Positions 1-9,432 of a DNA stretch of 64,000 nt are shown here, piece by piece; position 1 is the first letter of the stretch; the number at the start of each line of letters is the position of its first letter. The notes below the pieces were generated by a model, which had not been told where the DNA came from, did no database searches, and saw only the letters and a list, made by a program, of their open reading frames with translations. A program made the translations under genes and the position numbers. Origin of the DNA: Psilocybe cubensis (lineage: Eukaryota); contig CM039005.1 in NCBI GenBank assembly GCA_017499595.2, positions 1-64,000 of the forward strand. The letters are read 5' to 3'.

Positions 1-631
1 TCGCACCTCGCTTCGCTCGGTGCTCGCTCCCCCCCTAAACCTAAACCCTAAACCCTAAACCCTAAACCCTAACCTAACCCCAACCCTAAGCTAACTAAGT
101 CTAACCTTAGTAGGAAGTAAGGTAGGCGTGTGAACTTCCGAACGGCATGTGATTGTGAAGGGCCGGATCTAATTTAGTACATGGGAAAAGTTACTTAGTA
201 CTTCGGGAAAAGTTCCTTAGTACCGTGGAAACATTTTTGATGGACCGGATCATGAACTGTCCAATTAAGATTCACAACAATCAATCATTCTATTGTTTGA
301 TTGTTAGGTAAGGACCCAGGTAAGTTATTTATACTCTAGACATGTGAATATTCCCATGTCGCGGTTACTCGGAGCCACGTAACCAGAGTAATCTATATCC
401 ATGTGATTCACATCACAGTCAATAACCCACGATGTCAAAGAACAAAAGTGTTGGATCCACTTTTGACAGGTTACCATGTGCCACATCGACCCGTGACACT
501 CTGTTCATCAGAGACCTGTCTAACTTGACAATAAACATTGACAGATTTGTGATAGTCGGTAAGATACATGACAGCTGCGCAGCATCACTTCACGCGCTGT
601 CATCGGATGTCTAGAACATTCCTTCTAAGAA

Positions 632-698
632 TAGCCACTGAAGAGTCTATAAAGACGAAAGGGCTGGTTGTTGGGATCCCCCAACAGCCCTCTGGCTA
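632..698 (+). ncRNA. Type I hammerhead ribozyme, copy 1
   Basis: Stem I TAGCCA/TGGCTA, core CTGAAGA, stem II GTC-TATAAA-GAC, GAAA, stem III GGGCT..AGCCC, cleavage triplet CUC (cut after 692). Confidence 0.88.
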
Positions 699-766
699 CT
701 TTCCATTTAACTCCCAGTTTAAACTAGTCGCTCGCACCTCGCTTCGCTCGGTGCTCGCTCCCCCCC

Positions 767-1491
767 TAAACCCTAAACCCTAAACCCTAACCTAACCCCA
801 ACCCTAAGCTAACTAAGTCTAACCTTAGTAGGAAGTAAGGTAGGCGTGTGAACTTCCGAACGGCATGTGATTGTGAAGGGCCGGATCTAATTTAGTACAT
901 GGGAAAAGTTACTTAGTACTTCGGGAAAAGTTCCTTAGTACCGTGGAAACATTTTTGATGGACCGGATCATGAACTGTCCAATTAAGATTCACAACAATC
1001 AATCATTCTATTGTTTGATTGTTAGGTAAGGACCCAGGTAAGTTATTTATACTCTAGACATGTGAATATTCCCATGTCGCGGTTACTCGGAGCCACGTAA
1101 CCAGAGTAATCTATATCCATGTGATTCACATCACAGTCAATAACCCACGATGTCAAAGAACAAAAGTGTTGGATCCACTTTTGACAGGTTACCATGTGCC
1201 ACATCGACCCGTGACACTCTGTTCATCAGAGACCTGTCTAACTTGACAATAAACATTGACAGATTTGTGATAGTCGGTAAGATACATGACAGCTGCGCAG
1301 CATCACTTCACGCGCTGTCATCGGATGTCTAGAACATTCCTTCTAAGAATAGCCACTGAAGAGTCTATAAAGACGAAAGGGCTGGTTGTTGGGATCCCCC
1401 AACAGCCCTCTGGCTACTTTCCATTTAACTCCCAGTTTAAACTAGTCGCTCGCACCTCGCTTCGCTCGGTGCTCGCTCCCCCCCTAAACCC
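767..1491 (+). repeat. ~720-bp non-coding terminal unit (pseudo-LTR/3'UTR) of the PLE, 9 copies
   Basis: Other copies at approximately 35-773, 5165-5908, 9546-10287, 11140-11883, 12699-13436, 14221-14957, 15032-15776 and 19450-20150; begins with a degenerate telomeric tract and ends in C7-TAAACCC. Confidence 0.93.
1350..1416 (+). ncRNA. Type I hammerhead ribozyme, copy 2 (~105 nt upstream of the ORF ATG)
   Basis: Same sequence as 632-698. Confidence 0.88.
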
Positions 1492-1520
1492 AACGACTTT
1501 GCTATTATCCATCAGCCACT

Positions 1521-2676
1521 ATGTCATCTCAATACTCTGCTGCTTTCTCTCGTGCCATGTCCCCCACCCTGGACGCACTCACCCAGGCCGTCGTCAACAA
1601 CACCGTTTTCGGCGTCAACGATGAAGCAGGCCGCCATAACGCTCTGATCGACGAGCTGGCCACTGTGGTCATCAAAAAAATAGCTGAGTGCCGCTCCGTT
1701 GACCAAGTCATAGACTGCGTCTTTTTTGACTATCGTGCTGCCCTTAGGGAGTTTCTCCTCAACCTCGCATCGTGGTGCGATAAGAGGGAAACAGTCAAGG
1801 CTAGCCTCGAGCGCCTTGAATCTGCCGTTAGCGCAGGCAACACGCCCAATCGCCTTAAGGTGAAGGCACCCGAGTTCCAACTTACGAAGGAATTCGCGAA
1901 TGCCGGGTCAGCGGAGGCTCTTCGAGTCTCCACTACGTTCTCTACCGCTCGTGACGCCTTCCAAAAGGCAATTAACGACGGCGCCATTCAGGCGAAAAAG
2001 GACGAGCTGACTTTTTGGGATGATAAATGCGCACTCAACTCTTGCTACGAAGCTGCTGCCCTCATCGTTAAGGCAACTTACGATGATCGCAAATCCAGCT
2101 ACAAGCTCCCTGTTTTCTCTACAGATAACAAGGGAGTTCGACGTATAGCAGAGTGGGTAGTGTCTCCGCAAAAGAAAGCCGAATGCAGTGCGCTGCAAAC
2201 CATACTGCCGGCGATCTTTTCTCACATCAAACAAATTGTCAACATGCGCCACCGCGCTTTGGCAATTAAGATTGAGAAAAAGCGGACGACTGCGGCAACA
2301 GCCGATGTCGAGATGGCCGACGCGACCAAACCAGGTCCGTCGATTCAATCCCTTATTGATAAGGGCTTGAATGCACGTCTCAAGAAGCTCAACCTTGGAT
2401 CTGTGGGCAAGAAGGCAAGTTTTCGTAACCCTTCACCCATAATTCTGGATACTAATTACTACTCTAATTACCCAGACTTTGTCTGGCCAGAATTCATCCA
2501 AGGCTCCTCAACCTCAGGCCAAGAAAGCTGGCCCTTCGAAACCCAAGTCGTCGTCGACGCCTTCGCAACGCAAGCCTCAAACCAAGGCTTCCAACAAGGT
2601 CGACAACAAGAAGAAAGGGAAGGGGAGAGCTCCCGTCAAGAACGATCCAAAGGGAAAGGGAAAGGCAAGAGCCTAG
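1521..2676 (+). CDS. Predicted spliced ORF1 protein (~364 aa; exons 1521-2414 and 2476-2676) with Lys-rich basic tail
   Basis: AAG|GCAAGT donor at 2415, CTAAT branch-like motifs, CAG acceptor at 2475; splicing joins in frame to the ORF at 2479-2676; several differences between copies are synonymous in that frame. Confidence 0.7.
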
Positions 2677-5051
2677 ATGCGCGGTCTAATGTAGTACCTT
2701 TTACGTCGGTGAGACCCGCCTTCCCCAACTCTATTCCTGACGATATACTCACCATGACTAAAACAGACGCAGTTTCTTTCGTACACTTACATACTCCAAT
2801 ATCATTCTTGTTGGCTGGCCAGTATCGTAGTAGTGTACATTGTAGTCCTGGTGTTTCTGTCCCTGTTGATGTAGCAAACGATCTCTCTCTCGGACTTAAT
2901 TATATGTTTTTCACTCTGCCTTCTAAAAGTCTGATCATGCAAGCATGGAATGATTTCCAACGAAGAATAAGATGGCGTATCTATTTTTTGTTTAAGGAAG
3001 GCATGAATAAACCTTTTGATCCAGATTATGGAGTAAGCTCAAAAAAGAAAGAGAAACCTCCTGTATTACCGCAATATATGGAACTTGGCCTTTCGATGGG
3101 ACGTCGGTACGTGCAACGCACGATCGCAAGTATCCCGGAAGAAGCCCTTACGGAGATGCGAAAGCACGCGTTCTCTCCTAAAAGGGACAAGATCCGTAAG
3201 TTTCTTATCGATAACAACTATGTTATTACGATGACAGATAAGAATCTTGGCCTCGCGGTGTCTGAACGCGACTGGATATTAAGGAATGAGCTCAATCTTC
3301 TTGAAGATGAACGTAATTACGAAGAGTTAGAATTCGAAGTTGCGCAAGAAGTTATGAAGAGCAAAATGATTCAGATGCAAACGCTCGCACGTACTGTCGA
3401 AGATGAACATCTGTTTCTATTTGAACTTGGGTTGTCTCGATTCTTTCTATCGAATGTACCGGAAGACGGATCATCGTTCAAGTATCCTCAATTTCATGGT
3501 ATACCTAAAATCCACAAGAAACCTACTGGATTTAGGCCCATAATTCCGTGTCACTCTGTAGTATTTAATCCTGCAGCCAAGTTTGTATCAAAAGAGCTTA
3601 AGCCGATTATTAAATCGACTCCTTCAATCATACACGGAACGAAGGATCTCTTTACGAGATTAAGCCAATTGCGTATAGACTCCAAAAGACAATGGTATTT
3701 TGTCACTGGAGATGTAGTTGCTTTCTATCCCAATATTCCGTTGGACTTGTGCATCGAAATCGTTTGTAGTATGTACGAGGAATGGTTACTCAACGCTTCG
3801 GAAGAAAACACTGCATTAGCCCATATTAATCCAAATTCGTTAGAGAATAACTTGGTTAAATTGGGCATCTTTAAACGTGCTATCGAGATTGGCAATACGC
3901 AATTGATAACACAACATGGGTCTAGATATTTTAGACAAAAAAATGGCCTCGCAATGGGCGTCGCGGATTCTCCGGACCTTGCTAACCTCTTTGGAGCCCA
4001 TTTTGAAATAAAGTCAAAAATCTTAGACCACCCAAACGTGGCCTTCTATGGAAGGTACATCGACGATTGTTTCGCAATTGTTTACGCCGAGTCCGAAGCA
4101 CTTGCACTTAATCTTATTAAAGAAACAATAAAGTTCGATGGTTGTGTTATCGAATGGGCTGTTTCCTCGTCGGGATGTCAATTTCTCGATGCTTTCATAT
4201 TCAAGGAGTCTGGAAAACTTCATTGGAAGCCTTTTGTCAAGACAGGAAACAACCGAGAACGAGTTCCATGGGTATCACATCATCCTTTGGACGTCAAACG
4301 TGGCGTCTACATTGGAGAGTTATCCAGGTTAGCCGTGCTATGTAGTACCAAGGAAATCTACATCGGAGCAATTAGAGACCTTAACGCTCTCTATTTGATG
4401 CGCGGTTATCCCGAAAACCTAGTCATATCTTGGTGTAAGAAGAATATACAAGAACGTTGGGAAAAGCGATTCGCTTTACGAGTCGCAGAGCACGACGAAT
4501 CCATTCTTGTACTTAAAACCAGATTTGATCAGGTATGGAATTGGTTTTCAGCTGCTGAACTTGGAAAAACTGTTACCGAGTACTGGTCGGCATGGTATGA
4601 ACATGCCGAGAAAGGTTTGTATAGTGCAGACTCGTCCAGACCCCTTATCAAACCAGATCCAAATTACGTTCACGACCTCGATGATGTTCGCCCGGAGCTG
4701 TTCACACAGATCCTCGTGGACGGAGAAACTGAGTTCGTACCGGATTTGAGGAAGATAGGACTACTCGGAAGTCGTTGGATAGTATCGCGAAAACGCAATA
4801 CTAATCTTTTCGACCTTGCAAATGTGTGGAAGAAAACAGTCTTTCGTAAACTGGATGAAGACATCGCTGAAAAAGGTGGTGTTGTTCCCGAAACTCAAAA
4901 CGTTAATGAAACTTATCATTCTGCTTTAGTTGAAGCTGCTGAGCAGATAAGTATCGAAAGTGATAACGAGATAATACTTCATAGACGTTCAATCTCACAA
5001 GAGAGGGAACATCCAGAATTTGGCAGAATATCCAAATCTTACAACCGATGA
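1521..5051 (+). CDS. PLE ORF1-reverse transcriptase fusion, 1176 aa (copy 1, full length)
   Basis: RT motifs FHGIPKIHK..FRPII, GDVVAFYPNIP, QKNGLAMGVADSPDLANLF, RYIDD; helical N-terminal ~300 aa; no endonuclease motif at the C-terminus. Confidence 0.92.
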   Translation: MSSQYSAAFSRAMSPTLDALTQAVVNNTVFGVNDEAGRHNALIDELATVVIKKIAECRSVDQVIDCVFFDYRAALREFLLNLASWCDKRETVKASLERLESAVSAGNTPNRLKVKAPEFQLTKEFANAGSAEALRVSTTFSTARDAFQKAINDGAIQAKKDELTFWDDKCALNSCYEAAALIVKATYDDRKSSYKLPVFSTDNKGVRRIAEWVVSPQKKAECSALQTILPAIFSHIKQIVNMRHRALAIKIEKKRTTAATADVEMADATKPGPSIQSLIDKGLNARLKKLNLGSVGKKASFRNPSPIILDTNYYSNYPDFVWPEFIQGSSTSGQESWPFETQVVVDAFATQASNQGFQQGRQQEEREGESSRQERSKGKGKGKSLDARSNVVPFTSVRPAFPNSIPDDILTMTKTDAVSFVHLHTPISFLLAGQYRSSVHCSPGVSVPVDVANDLSLGLNYMFFTLPSKSLIMQAWNDFQRRIRWRIYFLFKEGMNKPFDPDYGVSSKKKEKPPVLPQYMELGLSMGRRYVQRTIASIPEEALTEMRKHAFSPKRDKIRKFLIDNNYVITMTDKNLGLAVSERDWILRNELNLLEDERNYEELEFEVAQEVMKSKMIQMQTLARTVEDEHLFLFELGLSRFFLSNVPEDGSSFKYPQFHGIPKIHKKPTGFRPIIPCHSVVFNPAAKFVSKELKPIIKSTPSIIHGTKDLFTRLSQLRIDSKRQWYFVTGDVVAFYPNIPLDLCIEIVCSMYEEWLLNASEENTALAHINPNSLENNLVKLGIFKRAIEIGNTQLITQHGSRYFRQKNGLAMGVADSPDLANLFGAHFEIKSKILDHPNVAFYGRYIDDCFAIVYAESEALALNLIKETIKFDGCVIEWAVSSSGCQFLDAFIFKESGKLHWKPFVKTGNNRERVPWVSHHPLDVKRGVYIGELSRLAVLCSTKEIYIGAIRDLNALYLMRGYPENLVISWCKKNIQERWEKRFALRVAEHDESILVLKTRFDQVWNWFSAAELGKTVTEYWSAWYEHAEKGLYSADSSRPLIKPDPNYVHDLDDVRPELFTQILVDGETEFVPDLRKIGLLGSRWIVSRKRNTNLFDLANVWKKTVFRKLDEDIAEKGGVVPETQNVNETYHSALVEAAEQISIESDNEIILHRRSISQEREHPEFGRISKSYNR

Positions 5052-5766
5052 AAAGAATACTAGCGCTTAAGGCGTAAAGCATTAGAAAAAAACCCTAACC
5101 GTAAGTATTCCTTGCTATAAAGTAACAAACATCTACTTACAAGCAACACATTGGATTGAATAGCTAAACCTAAACCTAAACCCTAAACCCTAAACCCTAA
5201 ACCCTAACCTAACCCCAACCCTAAGCTAACTAAGTCTAACCTTAGTAGGAAGTAAGGTAGGCGTGTGAACTTCCGAACGGCATGTGATTGTGAAGGGCCG
5301 GATCTAATTTAGTACATGGGAAAAGTTACTTAGTACTTCGGGAAAAGTTCCTTAGTACCGTGGAAACATTTTTGATGGACCGGATCATGAACTGTCCAAT
5401 TAAGATTCACAACAATCAATCATTCTATTGTTTGATTGTTAGGTAAGGACCCAGGTAAGTTATTTATACTCTAGACATGTGAATATTCCCATGTCGCGGT
5501 TACTCGGAGCCACGTAACCAGAGTAATCTATATCCATGTGATTCACATCACAGTCAATAACCCACGATGTCAAAGAACAAAAGTGTTGGATCCACTTTTG
5601 ACAGGTTACCATGTGCCACATCGACCCGTGACACTCTGTTCATCAGAGACCTGTCTAACTTGACAATAAACATTGACAGATTTGTGATAGTCGGTAAGAT
5701 ACATGACAGCTGCGCAGCATCACTTCACGCGCTGTCATCGGATGTCTAGAACATTCCTTCTAAGAA

Positions 5767-5833
5767 TAGCCACTGAAGAGTCTATAAAGACGAAAGGGCT
5801 GGTTGTTGGGATCCCCCAACAGCCCTCTGGCTA
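5767..5833 (+). ncRNA. Type I hammerhead ribozyme, copy 3
   Basis: Same sequence as 632-698. Confidence 0.88.
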
Positions 5834-5898
5834 CTTTCCATTTAACTCCCAGTTTAAACTAGTCGCTCGCACCTCGCTTCGCTCGGTGCTCGCTCCCC

Positions 5899-5970
5899 CC
5901 CTAAACCCTAAACCCTAAACCCTAAACCCTAAACCCTAAACCCTAAAACCCTAACCCTAAACCCTAAACC
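5899..5970 (+). repeat. Interstitial telomeric tract (TAAACCC)n, i.e. TTTAGGG type
   Basis: About 10 units including TAAAACCC and TAACCC variants, at an element junction. Confidence 0.95.
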
Positions 5971-8900
5971 GTCAACAACACTGTCTTCGGCGTCAACGAT
6001 GAAGCAGGCCGCCACAACGCTCTTATCGACGAGCTGGCCACTGTAGTCATCAAAAAAATAGCTGAGTGCCGCTCCGTTGACCAAGTCATAGACTGCGTCT
6101 TTTTTGACTATCGTGCTGCCCTCAGGGAGTTTCTCCTCAACCTCGCATCGTGGTGCGACAAGAGGGAAACAGTCAAGGCTAGCCTCGAGCGCCTTGAATC
6201 TGCCGTTAGCGCAGGCAACACGCCCAATCGCCTTAAGGTGAAGGCACCCGAGTTCCAACTTACGAAGGAATTCGCGGATGCCGGGTCAGCGGAGGCTCTT
6301 CGAGTCTCCACTACGTTCTCTTCCGCTCGTGATGCCTTCCAAAAGGCAATTAACGACGGCGCCGTTCAGGCGAAAAAGGACGAGCTGGCTTTTTGGGATG
6401 ATAAATGCGCGCTCAACTCTTGCTACGAAGCTGCTGCCCTCATCGTTAAGGCAACTTACGATGATCGCAAATCCAGCTACAAGCTCCCTGTTTTCTCTAC
6501 AGACAACAAGGGAGTTCGACGTATAGCAGAGTGGGTAGTGTCTCCGCAAAAGAAAGCCGAATGCAGTGCGCTGCAAACTATACTGCCGGCGATCTTTTCT
6601 CATATCAAACAGATTGTCAACATGCGCCACCGCGCCTTGGCAATTAAGATTGAGAAAAAGCGGACGACTGCGGCAACAGCCGATGTCGAGATGGCCGATG
6701 CGACCAAACCAGGTCCATCGATTCAATCCCTTATTGATAAGGGCTTGAATGCACGTCTCAAAAAGCTCAACCTTGGATCTGTGGGCAAGAAGGCAAGTTT
6801 TCGTAACCCTTCACCCATAATTCTGGACACTAATTATTACTCTAATTACCCAGACTTTGTCTGGCCAGAATTCGTCCAAGGCTCCTCAACCTCAGGCCAG
6901 GAAAGCTGGCCCTTCGAAACCCAAGTCGTCGTCGACGCCTTCGCAGAGGAAGCCTCAAACCAAGGCTTCCAACAAGGTCGACAACAAGAAGAAAGGGAAG
7001 GGGAGAGCTCCCGTCAAGAACAACGATCCAAAGGGAAAGGGAAAGGCAAGAGCCTAGACGCGCGGTCTACTGTAGCATCATTTACGTCGGTGAGACCCGC
7101 CTTCCCCAACTCTATTCCTGACGATATACTCACCATGACTAAAACAGACGCAGTTTCTTTTGTACACCTCAATACCCCGATTTCATTCTTATTGGCTGGC
7201 CAGTATAGATCTAGTGTACACTGTAGTCCTGGTGTTTCGGTCCCTGTTGATGTAGCAAATGATTTATCTCTTGGACTCAATTATATGTTTTTTACACTGC
7301 CTTCTAAAAGTCTGATCATGCAAGCATGGAATGATTTTCAACGAAGAATAAGATGGCGTATCTATTTTTTGTTTAAAGAAGGCATGAATAAACCTTTCGA
7401 TCCAGACTATGGAGTAAGCTCTAAAAAGAAAGAGAAACCTCCAATGTTACCGCAATTTATGGAACTTGGCCTTTCAATGGGACGTCGGTACGTTATTAAA
7501 ACGATCGCAAGTATCCCGGAAGAAGCCCTTAAAGAGATGCGAAAGCACGCGTTCTCTCCTAAAAGGGACAAGATCCAAAAGTTTCTTTTCGATAACAACT
7601 ATGTTATTACGATGACAGATAAGAATCTTGGCCTCGCGGTGTCTGAACGCGACTGGATATTAAGGAATGAGCTCAATCTTCTTGAAGATGAACGCAACTA
7701 CGAAGAGTTAGAATTCGAAGTTGCGCAAGAAGTTATGAAGAGCAAAATGATTCAGATGCAAACTCTCGCACGTACCGTCGAAGATGAACATCTGTTTCTA
7801 TTTGAACTTGGGTTGTCTCGATTCTTTCTATCGAATGTACCGGAAGACGGATCATCGTTCAAGTATCCTCAATTTCATGGTATACCTAAAATCCACAAGA
7901 AACCTACTGGATTTAGGCCCATAATTCCGTGTCACTCTGTAGTATTTAATCCTGCAGCCAAGTTTGTATCAAAAGAGCTTAAGCCGATTATTAAATCGAC
8001 TCCTTCAATCATTCACGGAACGAAGGATCTCTTTACGAGATTAAGCCAATTGCGTATAGACCCCAAACGACAATGGTATTTTGTCACCGGGGATGTAGTT
8101 GCTTTCTATCCCAATATTCCGTTGGACTTGTGCATCGAAATCGTTTGTAATATGTACGAGGAATGGTTACTCAACGCTTCGGAAGAAAACACTGCATTAG
8201 CCCATATTAATCCAAATTCGTTAGAGAATAACTTGGTTAAATTGGGCATCTTTAAACGTGCTATCGAGATTGGCAATACGCAATTGATAACACAACATGG
8301 GTCTAGATATTTTAGACAAAAAAATGGCCTCGCAATGGGCGTCGCGGATTCTCCGGACCTTGCTAACCTCTTTGGAGCCCATTTTGAAATAAAGTCAAAA
8401 ATCTTAGACCACCCAAACGTGGCCTTCTATGGAAGGTACATCGACGATTGTTTCGCAATTGTTTACGCCGAGTCCGAAGCACTTGCACTTAATCTTATTA
8501 AAGAAACAATAAAGTTCGATGGTTGTGTTATCGAATGGGCTGTTTCCTCGTCGGGATGTCAATTTCTCGATGCTTTCATATTCAAGGAGTCTGGAAAACT
8601 TCATTGGAAGCCATTTGTCAAGACAGGAAACAACCGAGAACGAGTTCCATGGGTATCACATCATCCTTTGGACGTCAAACGTGGCGTCTACATTGGAGAG
8701 TTATCCAGGTTAGCCGTGCTATGTAGTACCAAGGAAATCTACATCGGAGCAATTAGAGACCTTAACGCTCTCTATTTGATGCGCGGTTATCCCGAAAACC
8801 TAGTCATGTCTTGGTGTAAGAAGAATATACAAGAACGTTGGGAAAAGCGATTCGCTTTACGAGTCGCAGAGCACGACGAATCCATTCTTGTACTTAAAAC

Positions 8901-9432
8901 CAGATTTGATCAGGTATGGAATTGGTTTTCAGCTGCTGAACTTGGAAAGACTGTTACCGAGTACTGGTCGGCATGGTATGAACATGCCGAGAAAGGTCTG
9001 TATAGTGCAGACTCGTCCAGACCCCTTATCAAACCAGATCCAAATTACGTTCACGACCTCGATGATGTTCGCCCGGAGCTGTTCACACAGATCCTCGTGG
9101 ACGGAGAAACTGAGTTCGTACCGGATTTGAGGAAGATAGGACTACTCGGAAGTCGTTGGATAGTATCGCGAAAGCGCAATACTAATCTTTTCGACCTTGC
9201 AAATGTGTGGAAGAAAACAGTCTTTCGTAAACTGGATGAAAACATCGCTGAAAAAGGTGGTGTTGTTCCCGAAACTCAAAACGTTAATGAAACTTATCAT
9301 TCTGCTCTAGTTGAAGCTGCTGAACAGATAAGTATCGAAAGTGATAACGAGATAATACTTCATAGACGTTCAATCTCACAAGAGAGGGAACATCCAGAAT
9401 TCGGCAGAATATCCAAATCTTACAACCGATGA
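5971..9432 (+). CDS. PLE ORF1-RT, copy 2, missing the first ~24 codons
   Basis: Homologous to copy 1 from VNNTVFG onward; preceded directly by the telomeric tract 5899-5970; no native ATG. Confidence 0.88.
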   Translation, partial: VNNTVFGVNDEAGRHNALIDELATVVIKKIAECRSVDQVIDCVFFDYRAALREFLLNLASWCDKRETVKASLERLESAVSAGNTPNRLKVKAPEFQLTKEFADAGSAEALRVSTTFSSARDAFQKAINDGAVQAKKDELAFWDDKCALNSCYEAAALIVKATYDDRKSSYKLPVFSTDNKGVRRIAEWVVSPQKKAECSALQTILPAIFSHIKQIVNMRHRALAIKIEKKRTTAATADVEMADATKPGPSIQSLIDKGLNARLKKLNLGSVGKKASFRNPSPIILDTNYYSNYPDFVWPEFVQGSSTSGQESWPFETQVVVDAFAEEASNQGFQQGRQQEEREGESSRQEQRSKGKGKGKSLDARSTVASFTSVRPAFPNSIPDDILTMTKTDAVSFVHLNTPISFLLAGQYRSSVHCSPGVSVPVDVANDLSLGLNYMFFTLPSKSLIMQAWNDFQRRIRWRIYFLFKEGMNKPFDPDYGVSSKKKEKPPMLPQFMELGLSMGRRYVIKTIASIPEEALKEMRKHAFSPKRDKIQKFLFDNNYVITMTDKNLGLAVSERDWILRNELNLLEDERNYEELEFEVAQEVMKSKMIQMQTLARTVEDEHLFLFELGLSRFFLSNVPEDGSSFKYPQFHGIPKIHKKPTGFRPIIPCHSVVFNPAAKFVSKELKPIIKSTPSIIHGTKDLFTRLSQLRIDPKRQWYFVTGDVVAFYPNIPLDLCIEIVCNMYEEWLLNASEENTALAHINPNSLENNLVKLGIFKRAIEIGNTQLITQHGSRYFRQKNGLAMGVADSPDLANLFGAHFEIKSKILDHPNVAFYGRYIDDCFAIVYAESEALALNLIKETIKFDGCVIEWAVSSSGCQFLDAFIFKESGKLHWKPFVKTGNNRERVPWVSHHPLDVKRGVYIGELSRLAVLCSTKEIYIGAIRDLNALYLMRGYPENLVMSWCKKNIQERWEKRFALRVAEHDESILVLKTRFDQVWNWFSAAELGKTVTEYWSAWYEHAEKGLYSADSSRPLIKPDPNYVHDLDDVRPELFTQILVDGETEFVPDLRKIGLLGSRWIVSRKRNTNLFDLANVWKKTVFRKLDENIAEKGGVVPETQNVNETYHSALVEAAEQISIESDNEIILHRRSISQEREHPEFGRISKSYNR

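Noticed and set aside
432-614. Repeated 60-aa ORF MSKNKSVGST... and overlapping 71-aa ORF in each unit
   Set aside because: Recurrence only reflects the DNA repeat; disrupted by a deletion in the last unit, overlaps RNA hairpins, and has no recognisable motif
1521-5051. Telomerase (TERT), group II intron or bacterial retron RT
   Set aside because: Multi-copy with 5' truncations and PLE-style motifs (IPKIHK, GLAMG); no TERT T/CP motifs recognised
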